DNA of 64,000 nucleotides, taken from the NCBI GenBank assembly GCA_964633905.1, contig CAZWIT010000004.1, positions 9,336 to 73,335 on the forward strand, written 5' to 3'. Of this stretch, positions 50,828 through 59,939 are shown in pieces; position 1 is the stretch's first letter, and every line of letters begins with the position of its first letter. The stretch is from an uncultured Gammaproteobacteria bacterium. GTDB lineage: Bacteria > Patescibacteriota > Patescibacteriia > UBA1558 > GWA2-36-10. The notes beneath the pieces were generated by a model. The model saw nothing but the letters and a program-made list of their open reading frames with translations. It had not been told where the DNA came from and did no database searches. Made by a program: the position numbers and the translations under genes.

Positions 50828-51862
50828 ATGAACATAAAACTATTTGATTATCATTTACCGCATGAGTTAATCGCTCAAAAACCTAGTTCACCACGCGATC
50901 ATTCAAGGCTTTTAGTTTTGGATAAAAAGACCGGCCAGCTAAAACATAAATATTTTTATGATTTAGTAGATATTTTAGGCAAAGACGATGTTTTAGTTTT
51001 AAATGAAACTAAAGTTTTTCCAGCGCGTCTAAAAGCTACTAAAACAACTGGCGGTAAGTTAGAAATTTTTTTACTAAAAGAGTTAGCAAGTGATATTTAT
51101 CAAGTCATGGTCGGCGGTCGGCGCTTTAAGCCTGGTGATAAAATTAATTTTGCCAAAAATTTTTACGGTCATTTTATAAAGCAAGAAAAAGATAATATTT
51201 GGCAGTTTCAATTTAATGTGACTGGTCAAATTTTAAATAAAAAAATAGAGCAGTATGGGCAGACACCTTTGCCACCTTATATTAAAATCAAAGATACTAA
51301 ATTAGTAAGGCAACGTTATCAAACTACTTTTGCTAAAAACAGAGGCTCGGTGGCTGCGCCGACCGCCGGCTTACATTTTACGCCGCAGCTTTTAAAAAAG
51401 CTGGAGAAAAAAGGGGTGCAGATTTTTAAAGTTACTTTGCATGTTGGCTTAGGTACTTTTGCGCCAGTCATAGTTCAAGATATTAAGGCTCATCAGATTC
51501 ACCAAGAGTGGGCGCAAATTGATCCTCGGACTGCTAAAAATTTAAATAAATTAAAACAGCAAGGTAAAAATATTATTGCTGTTGGCACAACTACGACGCG
51601 CACCTTAGAGGCTATGACCACTAGTCAAGGTGATTTGCAGAGCGGCGGGAAGTGGGTAAATATTTATATTTACCCAGGCTATAAGTATCGTTTTGTTGAT
51701 GAATTAATTACTAATTTTCATCTGCCTAAAAGTTCATTGCTTTTTATGGTGTCAGCTTTAGCTGGGCGGGCTAAAATTTTGTCAGCCTATAAAAAAGCTG
51801 TTAGTAAAAAATATCATTTTTTCTCTTTTGGCGATGCCATGTTTATTACTAAAAATCGTTAA
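50828..51862 (+). CDS. queA: SAM:tRNA ribosyltransferase-isomerase
   Basis: FDYHLP.ELIAQ, PLPPYI, AAPTAGLHF, TNFHLP, SFGDAM. Confidence 0.97.
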   Translation: MNIKLFDYHLPHELIAQKPSSPRDHSRLLVLDKKTGQLKHKYFYDLVDILGKDDVLVLNETKVFPARLKATKTTGGKLEIFLLKELASDIYQVMVGGRRFKPGDKINFAKNFYGHFIKQEKDNIWQFQFNVTGQILNKKIEQYGQTPLPPYIKIKDTKLVRQRYQTTFAKNRGSVAAPTAGLHFTPQLLKKLEKKGVQIFKVTLHVGLGTFAPVIVQDIKAHQIHQEWAQIDPRTAKNLNKLKQQGKNIIAVGTTTTRTLEAMTTSQGDLQSGGKWVNIYIYPGYKYRFVDELITNFHLPKSSLLFMVSALAGRAKILSAYKKAVSKKYHFFSFGDAMFITKNR

Positions 51863-51903
51863 AAATAAATCCATCCAACTACTAGAGAGCAGCTGGATGG
51901 ATT
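51860..51903 (-). terminator. Terminator with minus-strand T tract
   Basis: ATCCATCCA(A)CT...AG(C)TGGATGGAT stem. Confidence 0.7.
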
Positions 51904-52117
51904 AAAAAACTTCCATGCTTTGTATTTAATTGTAATCTTTTTTAAATCATAAATTACTAGGACAACTAGTTTTTTATTTTTATGTCTTTTTTAAGGAGAC
52001 AATTTTAGTTGTGCTGGCAAATTGATTTAAAATTTTAAATAAGAACTATTAAGACTTATTTATTATAGCATAATTTGAAAAAATCCCCCAGCCGTATTTG
52101 CGGACTGGGGGTGATAT

Positions 52118-52696
52118 TTAAGCTCGCGGCAGACTACTAAAATTAAAGTCAGCAGGTATACTGGCCTTGGGGCTTAAAAATTTTTGTTTTTCAGCGGGGT
52201 CGTTCAGAAAAATGATGTCAAAACCAGCTTGACTATACAATCCATTAACATTGTCTTGGCTAGCAGCCACGATAGTGACTTTCATGCCTAGACTCTTGGC
52301 TTTGATGGCTTGACCAAAAAGGCTACCGTCTCCTGACATAATAATAACCTGCTTATAGGTATTAGCATTGGCTTCTAGGCCAATAGCTTTCATGCTCATA
52401 GCAGCAATAATAGCTGAATCAGCTTCTTGAGGCTGTGGTTCTTGGGCATCATCAATGTTGGTTTCAAAGACAAAAATATTAGGGAAATTATCCAAAATTC
52501 TCCTGATAAAAGGAGGTAGACCTTTAGTGGAGCTAAAGTGTCCATAGACATACATTTGAAATGGTCCAAATTTTTCTTGCAACCAATAAACTAGACTAAA
52601 TACATTGAGTCGACAGTCGCGGTTAGCTAGGTGTAGAGATAAAAAAATATTTTCAGCATCCAAAAATATAACAGTGCTAGGCCGCTCGTTTTCCAT
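52118..52696 (-). CDS. NYN/LabA (PIN-like) domain protein
   Basis: IFLDAENI, EADSAI, IIMSGDGSL, GMKVTIV; SD GGGAGG. Confidence 0.82.
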   Translation of the reverse strand: MENERPSTVIFLDAENIFLSLHLANRDCRLNVFSLVYWLQEKFGPFQMYVYGHFSSTKGLPPFIRRILDNFPNIFVFETNIDDAQEPQPQEADSAIIAAMSMKAIGLEANANTYKQVIIMSGDGSLFGQAIKAKSLGMKVTIVAASQDNVNGLYSQAGFDIIFLNDPAEKQKFLSPKASIPADFNFSSLPRA

Positions 52697-52807
52697 GTTT
52701 CCTCCCAGGATTGTGAGAACTGGTCTGACCTTATTTTTTATATAATTTAATGATCATTGAATAGACCGATCAGTCTATTATCTTTTGTGCTTAATGTCAA
52801 GTCAGGC

Positions 52808-54376
52808 TTATTTAAGCGGGCTTGATGTTGTATTGCTTAGAGGTGGGCAGTCAAGAATTATTACGTTTTCATCTATATCATTTCTTTGACAATTTTTAAA
52901 TCTTTCTATATTTTTGAAATATTTTTCAGACAGATAATAATATTTGCCATTTTGTTTTTCTTCAAAGCTTGCATTTTTCATAATGCCCCTTTCATCTGCT
53001 AGCCAGAAAACAGCCAATATTCTATAGGGGTAGTTATTTATAAAGTCTGGTCTAATGACTCGTATATCATAAACTTTTTTTTCGCTATATAAAATAAAAG
53101 ATAAAACTTGCCAATTAGTTAGAATGATATCGTTTTTTTGAAATCCATTGTTATCGCTGTAGGTGAGGGTTTTTTTTATCCAGTCAGTTTTATAAGCGTT
53201 TATCTGATTATTCATTGCGAAGAATAGTAAAAAATAAAGACCAAATAAAATAATAATTTGAAAAAGGTAATATTTAAAATATTTATTATAGCGACTGAAT
53301 ATTTCATGCAGAATATTAGCCAGCATTATCATTATAATTGGTAATAGTGGAATAAATATTCTACTGTTCCAGGATTCCCCCGGTATTAAAAGCGGTATAA
53401 AAATAATAAAAATAATTGTAAAGATTGATAAATATTCGGGGATTATTTTTTTTGTTATTGTGCTATATTGGGGCAAAATTTTATTTAATATTTTATAATT
53501 AGAATATACTAGTAAAATAATTATTAACCAAAATAATTTGGCTATTGTTGCTTCATTATTGGCTACGTCTTTACCATTTAGGTGTGTATAAAAGTTTATC
53601 CAAAATTTTACTAAAATCAGCCAAGGTAAAGTACCAAATAATAAGTATAAAAAATTATATAAAAATAGGCGATTAATTTTTAAATATTTGTTTTTTATTA
53701 GATCATAGTAGAAAATAAATATAGTAAGTACTAAAAAAGCTATAATATGAATATGAAATGTTAAAAGTAATGCGCTGGTAGTTAAAAATAGAAATTTATT
53801 TTTTTTATGTAATATATATAAATAATTAAAATATATAGTAAGTAAACTACTAAAAATTAAAGGAGAATAATATCTAGCTTGTTGGCCATATTTGATTGAC
53901 CAAAAATCGATGGCAAATAAAAAACAGGCAAGTAGCGATATTTTTTTATTTTTCCATAATTTTTCTGAGAGTAAGAAGATTAAAAGTATTGTTAAAATGT
54001 AAAATAATAAAAATGGTAATCTAGCTGATAACTCTGACCAATTAAATATTTTTAACCAAGGTGCTAAATAATAATAAGTAAACCAGCCTTTATTATTCTC
54101 GTATTTTGAGCCAATATAATTACTAGAGGCATATTTATATACGGGGTCATTAATTGGTGCTTTTATAGATTCTCCGTTTTCATAGATTGGTTCACCTTCA
54201 AAATAGGCATTTGGATAGCCGTCATTTATTACTTGCAGAGAGTTAATAACTGTTTCTGCTTCATCGGTCCATAATAAACCTTTATTAATATTAATTAATC
54301 GTAAACTTAAACCAAGTAAAATAATGGCTAGTAGAAATATTTTATAATTTTTTTCTAAATCAAATTTAATTTTCAT
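52808..54376 (-). CDS. GT-C membrane glycosyltransferase (ArnT/PMT-like)
   Basis: LWTDE, ELSARLP, QARYY; many TM segments. Confidence 0.82.
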   Translation of the reverse strand: MKIKFDLEKNYKIFLLAIILLGLSLRLININKGLLWTDEAETVINSLQVINDGYPNAYFEGEPIYENGESIKAPINDPVYKYASSNYIGSKYENNKGWFTYYYLAPWLKIFNWSELSARLPFLLFYILTILLIFLLSEKLWKNKKISLLACFLFAIDFWSIKYGQQARYYSPLIFSSLLTIYFNYLYILHKKNKFLFLTTSALLLTFHIHIIAFLVLTIFIFYYDLIKNKYLKINRLFLYNFLYLLFGTLPWLILVKFWINFYTHLNGKDVANNEATIAKLFWLIIILLVYSNYKILNKILPQYSTITKKIIPEYLSIFTIIFIIFIPLLIPGESWNSRIFIPLLPIIMIMLANILHEIFSRYNKYFKYYLFQIIILFGLYFLLFFAMNNQINAYKTDWIKKTLTYSDNNGFQKNDIILTNWQVLSFILYSEKKVYDIRVIRPDFINNYPYRILAVFWLADERGIMKNASFEEKQNGKYYYLSEKYFKNIERFKNCQRNDIDENVIILDCPPLSNTTSSPLK

Positions 54377-55127
54377 TATTTTTTATTTTAGCAAATTGGC
54401 TAGTATGTCTTATTTTTAATTTTTCTAATTTGTATTTAGTTAAAGTTTTTAATATATCTAAGCCATATTGAATGCTACGTTTTAAGCTGATGCTCGAAGC
54501 ATCTTTAAAATAGCTAGTATTTATTGGTATTTCTTTAATTTTAAAATTATTTGCTACTAATTGAACTATAATTTCCGTATCAAAAACAAAATCATCGGAA
54601 TTTTTTTCTAAGGGTAAAGTTTTTAGAGCGTTACAAGAATAGGCTCGAAAACCAGAATGATATTCAGATAAATTGATGCCCAAAATAAAATTTTCTATTT
54701 TAGTTAAGAAAATATTAGCTAAAAATTTCCATTTAGGCATGCCACCATTTAAAGCATCTTGTTTATTTAACATTCGTGAGCCAAAAACAGCATCGCATTC
54801 ATTGTTGATTAAGGGAGCTAGCATTTGCGGAACTAATTTGGGGTTATATTGATGATCAGGGTGAATCATGATCACAATATCAGCACCAAGCGCTAGGGCT
54901 TCTTTGTAACAAGTTTTTTGATTAGCGCCATAACCTTTATTTTTAGGATGAACAAAAACTATAAGACCTAATTGTTTGGCTATAGCAACAGTGTTATCTT
55001 GGCTGGCATCATCTACTAAAATAATTTCATCAACTGTATTTGCGGGTATATCATCTAAAGTAAGCTTTAATGTTTTGGCAGCATTGTAGGCTGGTAAAAC
55101 GGCGATTATTTTTTTCTTTTCGGCCAT
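54366..55127 (-). CDS. GT2 polyprenol-phosphate glycosyltransferase
   Basis: VLPAYNAA, LVDDASQD, GYGANQK, HPDHQY, SGFRAY, FVFD. Confidence 0.9.
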   Translation of the reverse strand: MAEKKKIIAVLPAYNAAKTLKLTLDDIPANTVDEIILVDDASQDNTVAIAKQLGLIVFVHPKNKGYGANQKTCYKEALALGADIVIMIHPDHQYNPKLVPQMLAPLINNECDAVFGSRMLNKQDALNGGMPKWKFLANIFLTKIENFILGINLSEYHSGFRAYSCNALKTLPLEKNSDDFVFDTEIIVQLVANNFKIKEIPINTSYFKDASSISLKRSIQYGLDILKTLTKYKLEKLKIRHTSQFAKIKNNEN

Positions 55128-55159
55128 GTGATTAGGGGTAATATTTTAGTTAAGTATAT

Positions 55160-56626
55160 TTATTTTTTTGTATAAAGGTAAAAATAAGCTTCAAAGTCGC
55201 CATAGTTTATTTTTTGTTCAGTATAATTTTTGGCTATATAATCATAAATAATTTTTGTTTGCTGTTCATGATTAGGGTTAGTAGCGGGCAGGTAAACAAT
55301 ATATTTTATATTTTTTGTTTGTAAATCATTTACAATTTCATATTTAGCCTCTTCACTTAGGTAGTCTTCAAAAACTATATCGTGACGAGTCGGATTAGCC
55401 TTGCTAGCAAAATTATAGTAATAAGCAGCATAAGGATAGATAAACACTTCTTTTTCCGGGATGTTTTTCAATACTTCCATAACACTTTTCACTATAGTGC
55501 TGGGTAGGAGACCAAAATATACTTGACCAATATCGGTGCTGACTGGGTACCAAGAATTTTTTTGAGTATAAATATCTATCCAGGGGAAATATAGTAAAAT
55601 ATATTGGATGAATAGAAAAATAGTGAGTATTATTTTAGGAAAATATTTATAGGGGATATTTATTTTATCTATTAAGTAAAATATTAAAATTAAAGAAAAA
55701 GTAGGATAAATATAGGCTAGGTGGATAAGGTCAAAGCGATATAAACAGGATAAAAATAAGCCAAGACTAATGACTAGATATAAAGATATTTGGCGGGGTT
55801 TATTTTTAATAAATATTAATAGTAATAAGAAAAGTTGATTAATAATAAATAGGTAAAATAAAAAATTTTTGGTTAATTTTATATAACCTAATTTAGGATA
55901 ATAATAGATATTGCTGATTATCAAGTTTTGCCAGACAGTCGCAATACCAGACTTTAGTATAAATGGGCTTATTAATATAGTAAAAGTCAATAAAACGCTT
56001 AGACAAAAAATTCCAGTTTTTTTAAGAGCAAATCTCCAAGTATTTTGTTTTTTTTCTTGCCACAATATCCAAAGGGCTATAATAATAGCAACTATTACAG
56101 TCTTGGTGTGTAAGAAAAATATTCCTAAGCCAAGACTAATACCACTAACTATTAAATATTTTGTTTTAGGATTGGTAATATATTTATTTAATTGCCAAAC
56201 AGATATTAAGGTCATTAGAGTAGCGAGCCAGTGGAAGGACAAAATATTATGTGAGGTATGCAGTAGCACGGCGAATATAAAAACAGCCAACATTGACCAA
56301 GCTTTATTTAAGATCAAACGGCTGTTTAAATAGATAAATATGCAGATTAACCAAGCAATAAAAATAGTGAGCAGGCTAGTGACTAAATAGTATTTGCCAA
56401 ATATAGCCCAAGCGCCAGCGAGTAGATAATAAATACCAGGTGGCACTAGGCTAAAAAAATCTCGAAAAGGAATTTTGCCAGATAAAACTCGTTCAGCTCC
56501 AGCTAAGATTAGACCTTCATCGCCCATGTCACTGGTGGTATTTATTTTAATTAGTACTAGAATAACTAGTATTATTATAAAATAAAAAATAGTAATTAGT
56601 TTATTTTTTAGTCGCGGGGTTTGCAT
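55160..56626 (-). CDS. GT-C-type membrane glycosyltransferase
   Basis: GDEG...GKIPFRDFF..PPG.YY; many TM segments. Confidence 0.75.
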   Translation of the reverse strand: MQTPRLKNKLITIFYFIIILVILVLIKINTTSDMGDEGLILAGAERVLSGKIPFRDFFSLVPPGIYYLLAGAWAIFGKYYLVTSLLTIFIAWLICIFIYLNSRLILNKAWSMLAVFIFAVLLHTSHNILSFHWLATLMTLISVWQLNKYITNPKTKYLIVSGISLGLGIFFLHTKTVIVAIIIALWILWQEKKQNTWRFALKKTGIFCLSVLLTFTILISPFILKSGIATVWQNLIISNIYYYPKLGYIKLTKNFLFYLFIINQLFLLLLIFIKNKPRQISLYLVISLGLFLSCLYRFDLIHLAYIYPTFSLILIFYLIDKINIPYKYFPKIILTIFLFIQYILLYFPWIDIYTQKNSWYPVSTDIGQVYFGLLPSTIVKSVMEVLKNIPEKEVFIYPYAAYYYNFASKANPTRHDIVFEDYLSEEAKYEIVNDLQTKNIKYIVYLPATNPNHEQQTKIIYDYIAKNYTEQKINYGDFEAYFYLYTKK

Positions 56627-57201
56627 ATAAAGACAATGTGTTTATATATATGACGGGGTGAAAAGAAGCTATAACTTTTTTCAATATCAAAGTGTTGTTT
56701 AATAATATTTCTTAGTTCTTCTGGCATTCTAATGAAATTACCCTGGTCCAAACTGTATAATAATTTAGCGAGTGGATTTTTAGGATTAGGTTCTAGGTCG
56801 GCAATAATAATTTTATCTTTAGCAAGTATATTTACATGAGATAATAATTGTCTCACTTCATCACCAGAAAGGTGATGTAAAAAATTGACTATTAAGACTT
56901 TATCAAAATTTTTTTTGGGGAAGTCTATTTTTTGATAATCTTGGCAGAGATATTGATTTTGAGGATATTTTTTACGAGCGTAGCCAAGATAATTATTGTT
57001 TAAGTCGACACCGTAGTACTGGCCAGATATGTATTTACTAGCGTTGGATGTGCCACAAGCAATGTCTAATATTTTTTCTTCAGGTTTTATTTCTTTTAAT
57101 TCACTGATTTGTTTAAAAAAATCTCCAGCCCAAAGCCATTGGTTGGTTTGATAAATTTGGGGAGCCTGAAAAATTTTAGCAATAAATTGATTAACTATCA
57201 T
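56608..57201 (-). CDS. Class I SAM-dependent methyltransferase
   Basis: ILDIACGT, YGVDLN, FLHHL. Confidence 0.85.
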   Translation of the reverse strand: MIVNQFIAKIFQAPQIYQTNQWLWAGDFFKQISELKEIKPEEKILDIACGTSNASKYISGQYYGVDLNNNYLGYARKKYPQNQYLCQDYQKIDFPKKNFDKVLIVNFLHHLSGDEVRQLLSHVNILAKDKIIIADLEPNPKNPLAKLLYSLDQGNFIRMPEELRNIIKQHFDIEKSYSFFSPRHIYKHIVFICKPRD

Positions 57202-57211
57202 GGCTAGAGAT

Positions 57212-57889
57212 TTATTTATTTTTTTTAGTTAATAAACAAACATATCTTAAGGGCAGGAAGAACAAGGGGATAGCCCTGGCTTGTAAGAGTGTTAGTTTAT
57301 TGTTAATTGCTTTTTTTAGTAAAGTTAAATCAAAGGCATGCAAATGCCATTCTTGCGTTACCGGGATATTTTTAAAGAAAAGAGAAAATAATTTAGTTTT
57401 AATTAAAATATTTTTAATAAAATCTATTTTTTTCTCATTAGGAATAGTAATAATGATTTTAGCGTCGTTTTTGGCTATCCGAGTTATTTCAGATATCAAT
57501 TTATCATAATCTAAAACGTGCTCAATCACCTCAGAACATAAGATATAATCAAAGAAGTTATCAGGGTAGTCTATATTTAAACCATCACCAGTTTTTATTT
57601 CAACAATATTTTTTTTGTCAGCCAATTTTTCCTTAGCCCTTTTAATGGCTTCATTGGATATATCCATTAGATACAACGAGCCTTCATTAATCCGGCTTTC
57701 AATGTAGGCTTCACCACAACCAATTGATAAAAATTTTTGGTCCTTGTTTATTTTGATAAAGTTTTGGATAGTTTTTAGTCTTTTATTTTCTATCCAACGT
57801 ACGATTGGGTTAGGGTGTAAATATAATCTTTCATTATTATATTTAACAAACATTTCTTCATTCCAATCTAAAAATTCTTTATTATCCAT
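57212..57889 (-). CDS. Class I SAM-dependent methyltransferase
   Basis: LSIGCGEA, FDYILCSEVIEHV, ITIPN. Confidence 0.87.
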   Translation of the reverse strand: MDNKEFLDWNEEMFVKYNNERLYLHPNPIVRWIENKRLKTIQNFIKINKDQKFLSIGCGEAYIESRINEGSLYLMDISNEAIKRAKEKLADKKNIVEIKTGDGLNIDYPDNFFDYILCSEVIEHVLDYDKLISEITRIAKNDAKIIITIPNEKKIDFIKNILIKTKLFSLFFKNIPVTQEWHLHAFDLTLLKKAINNKLTLLQARAIPLFFLPLRYVCLLTKKNK

Positions 57890-58610
57890 ATATTTTAAAT
57901 TTTATTAAATTATTTATAAATTCCCAAATTGATTTAATTAGTTTTACTTTACTTTTGCGACCAATATTACGAGTCTCTACCCAGTTGACCGGTATCTCGC
58001 AAATTTTTAGTTTAGCTCGCTCAACTAAGAATATGAGTTCGGAATCAAAAAACCATTTATCATCTTTAGTTTTAGCAATAAATTCTTGAATTACTCTTTG
58101 ATTAAAACCCTTAAAACCGCACTGTAAATCTGAGATCTTGGTGCCAACTATTAATTTAGCAAAAAATATATAAGAACGAGAAATTATTTCCCTTAAAATT
58201 GATCTTTGTATTTTTGATTGTTGATGAAAGCGAGAGCCAATCACTAAGTCAAAATTTTCTTCGTCTAATTTCTTTATTAATAATGGTAGAGCAATCAAAT
58301 CAGTGGCTAAGTCTATGTCCATATAAGCGCAATAGTCAGCTGTAGAATTTAAAAAAGCAGAACGAAGTGCTTGGCCCCGGCCTGGTTCAGATGAGTATAG
58401 GTATTTTATATTAGTATTGGCAGTTAATTTTTTACCAATAATTGGAGTTTCATCAGTAGAGCCGTTATCAGCGATGGTAATTTGCCAATCATAGCTGGCT
58501 AATTCTTTTTGGCAAAAAGTTTGCAAAATATTGATATTTGCTTGTAGGATTTCCTGTTCATTAAAGACGGGAATAACTATATTAAATTTTTTCTTAGCTT
58601 CCTCTGGCAT
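57882..58610 (-). CDS. GT2 dolichyl-phosphate glycosyltransferase-like protein
   Basis: VIPVFNE, ADNGSTD, GRGQA, YMDIDL, DLQCGFK, WFFDSE. Confidence 0.9.
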   Translation of the reverse strand: MPEEAKKKFNIVIPVFNEQEILQANINILQTFCQKELASYDWQITIADNGSTDETPIIGKKLTANTNIKYLYSSEPGRGQALRSAFLNSTADYCAYMDIDLATDLIALPLLIKKLDEENFDLVIGSRFHQQSKIQRSILREIISRSYIFFAKLIVGTKISDLQCGFKGFNQRVIQEFIAKTKDDKWFFDSELIFLVERAKLKICEIPVNWVETRNIGRKSKVKLIKSIWEFINNLIKFKIYG

Positions 58611-58671
58611 GGTAGATTATTAGCTTAATTTTACACTGTAAACTGAAAATTTGCCATACCTATTTTGATTT

Positions 58672-58802
58672 TTTAGTTAAAATGAAAATGGACCCCGCCT
58701 ATTCGCCTACGGCTCATGACGGGGCGAGCACGATGGTTTATTTTTTGAGGCAAGCTTTGATAATGATCGTTTTTTTAAAGAAGTTTAGTTAAAATGAAAA
58801 TG
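58672..58802. repeat. 19-bp direct repeat of ychF 3' end
   Basis: TTTAGTTAAAATGAAAATG at 58672-58690 and 58784-58802. Confidence 0.75.
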
Positions 58803-59846
58803 TACCGTATCGCCATCTTGGATTTCGTATTCTTTACCCTCCATACGTAACATGCCTTTTTCTTTGGCGCCTATCCAAGAGCCACAATTTAATAGATCTT
58901 GCCAATTAATAACTTCAGCTCTAATAAAACCTTTTTCAAAATCAGTATGAATTACACCGGCAGCTTGAGGAGCTTTAGCGCCTTTATTTACTGTCCAAGC
59001 TTTACTTTCCATGGGGCCAGTGGTAATAAAAGTAATTAAGCCCAAAAGTTCATAGCTAGCTTGAATTAAATTATTTAAACCGCTGGTTTTGATGCCTAAT
59101 TCTTTGATATATTCTTGGGCTTCATCTGGACTTAAGTCAGCTAGCTCGGCTTCGATTTTAGCGCAAATCGCAATCGAGTTAGCTGGTAAATTTAAATTTT
59201 TATTAATATCAGCCTCATCAACATTGTATAAATAGATAATAGGTTTACTGCTTAATAAATTTAAGGGTTTTAAAATTTTTTGTTCATCAGTTGACCAGTC
59301 GTTTTGATTTAAGAGTTGGTTATTTTCAAGTAGTGTTTTAGCTTTATCTAAAACTATTTTTTCTTTATCCAAAGTTTTGTCATAAGCACCTTTCATTTTA
59401 CTTTTGACTTTATCTAAATGTTTGGTTAAAGTTTCTAGGTCTGACAAAATTAATTCTAGATTAATAATTTGTTTATCATATTCAGGATCAATTTTACCAT
59501 GCACATGAATTACGTCTTTGTCAGTAAAATGTCTAATGACTTGGACAATGGCATCTACCTCACGGATGTTGGCTAAAAATTTATTACCTAAACCCTGGCC
59601 CTCGGAGGCTCCTTTGACCAGGCCAGCAATATCGACAAAATCAATAGTAGTAGGAACTATTTTTGCGGAACTGGAAAGCACAGCTAGTTTATCTAGACGT
59701 TCATCAGGGACTGCTACCACACCAACATTAGGATCAATAGTACAAAAAGGGTAGTTGGCAATATCTACTTTGTTTTTAGTTAAAGCTTTGAATAGAGTTG
59801 ATTTGCCGACATTAGGTAGGCCGACAATACCTAGAGAAAAAGACAT
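58785..59846 (-). CDS. ychF: Redox-regulated ATPase YchF
   Basis: [39 protein letters not shown]. Confidence 0.97.
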   Translation of the reverse strand: MSFSLGIVGLPNVGKSTLFKALTKNKVDIANYPFCTIDPNVGVVAVPDERLDKLAVLSSSAKIVPTTIDFVDIAGLVKGASEGQGLGNKFLANIREVDAIVQVIRHFTDKDVIHVHGKIDPEYDKQIINLELILSDLETLTKHLDKVKSKMKGAYDKTLDKEKIVLDKAKTLLENNQLLNQNDWSTDEQKILKPLNLLSSKPIIYLYNVDEADINKNLNLPANSIAICAKIEAELADLSPDEAQEYIKELGIKTSGLNNLIQASYELLGLITFITTGPMESKAWTVNKGAKAPQAAGVIHTDFEKGFIRAEVINWQDLLNCGSWIGAKEKGMLRMEGKEYEIQDGDTVHFHFN

Positions 59847-59939
59847 AATTTAGCAATAAATTTAGTTAAAAGTAAACTGATTAAATCATAAATTTGTATA
59901 AAAAGCAATCATTGGTTATAATAAGGCTACTTAAATTTT

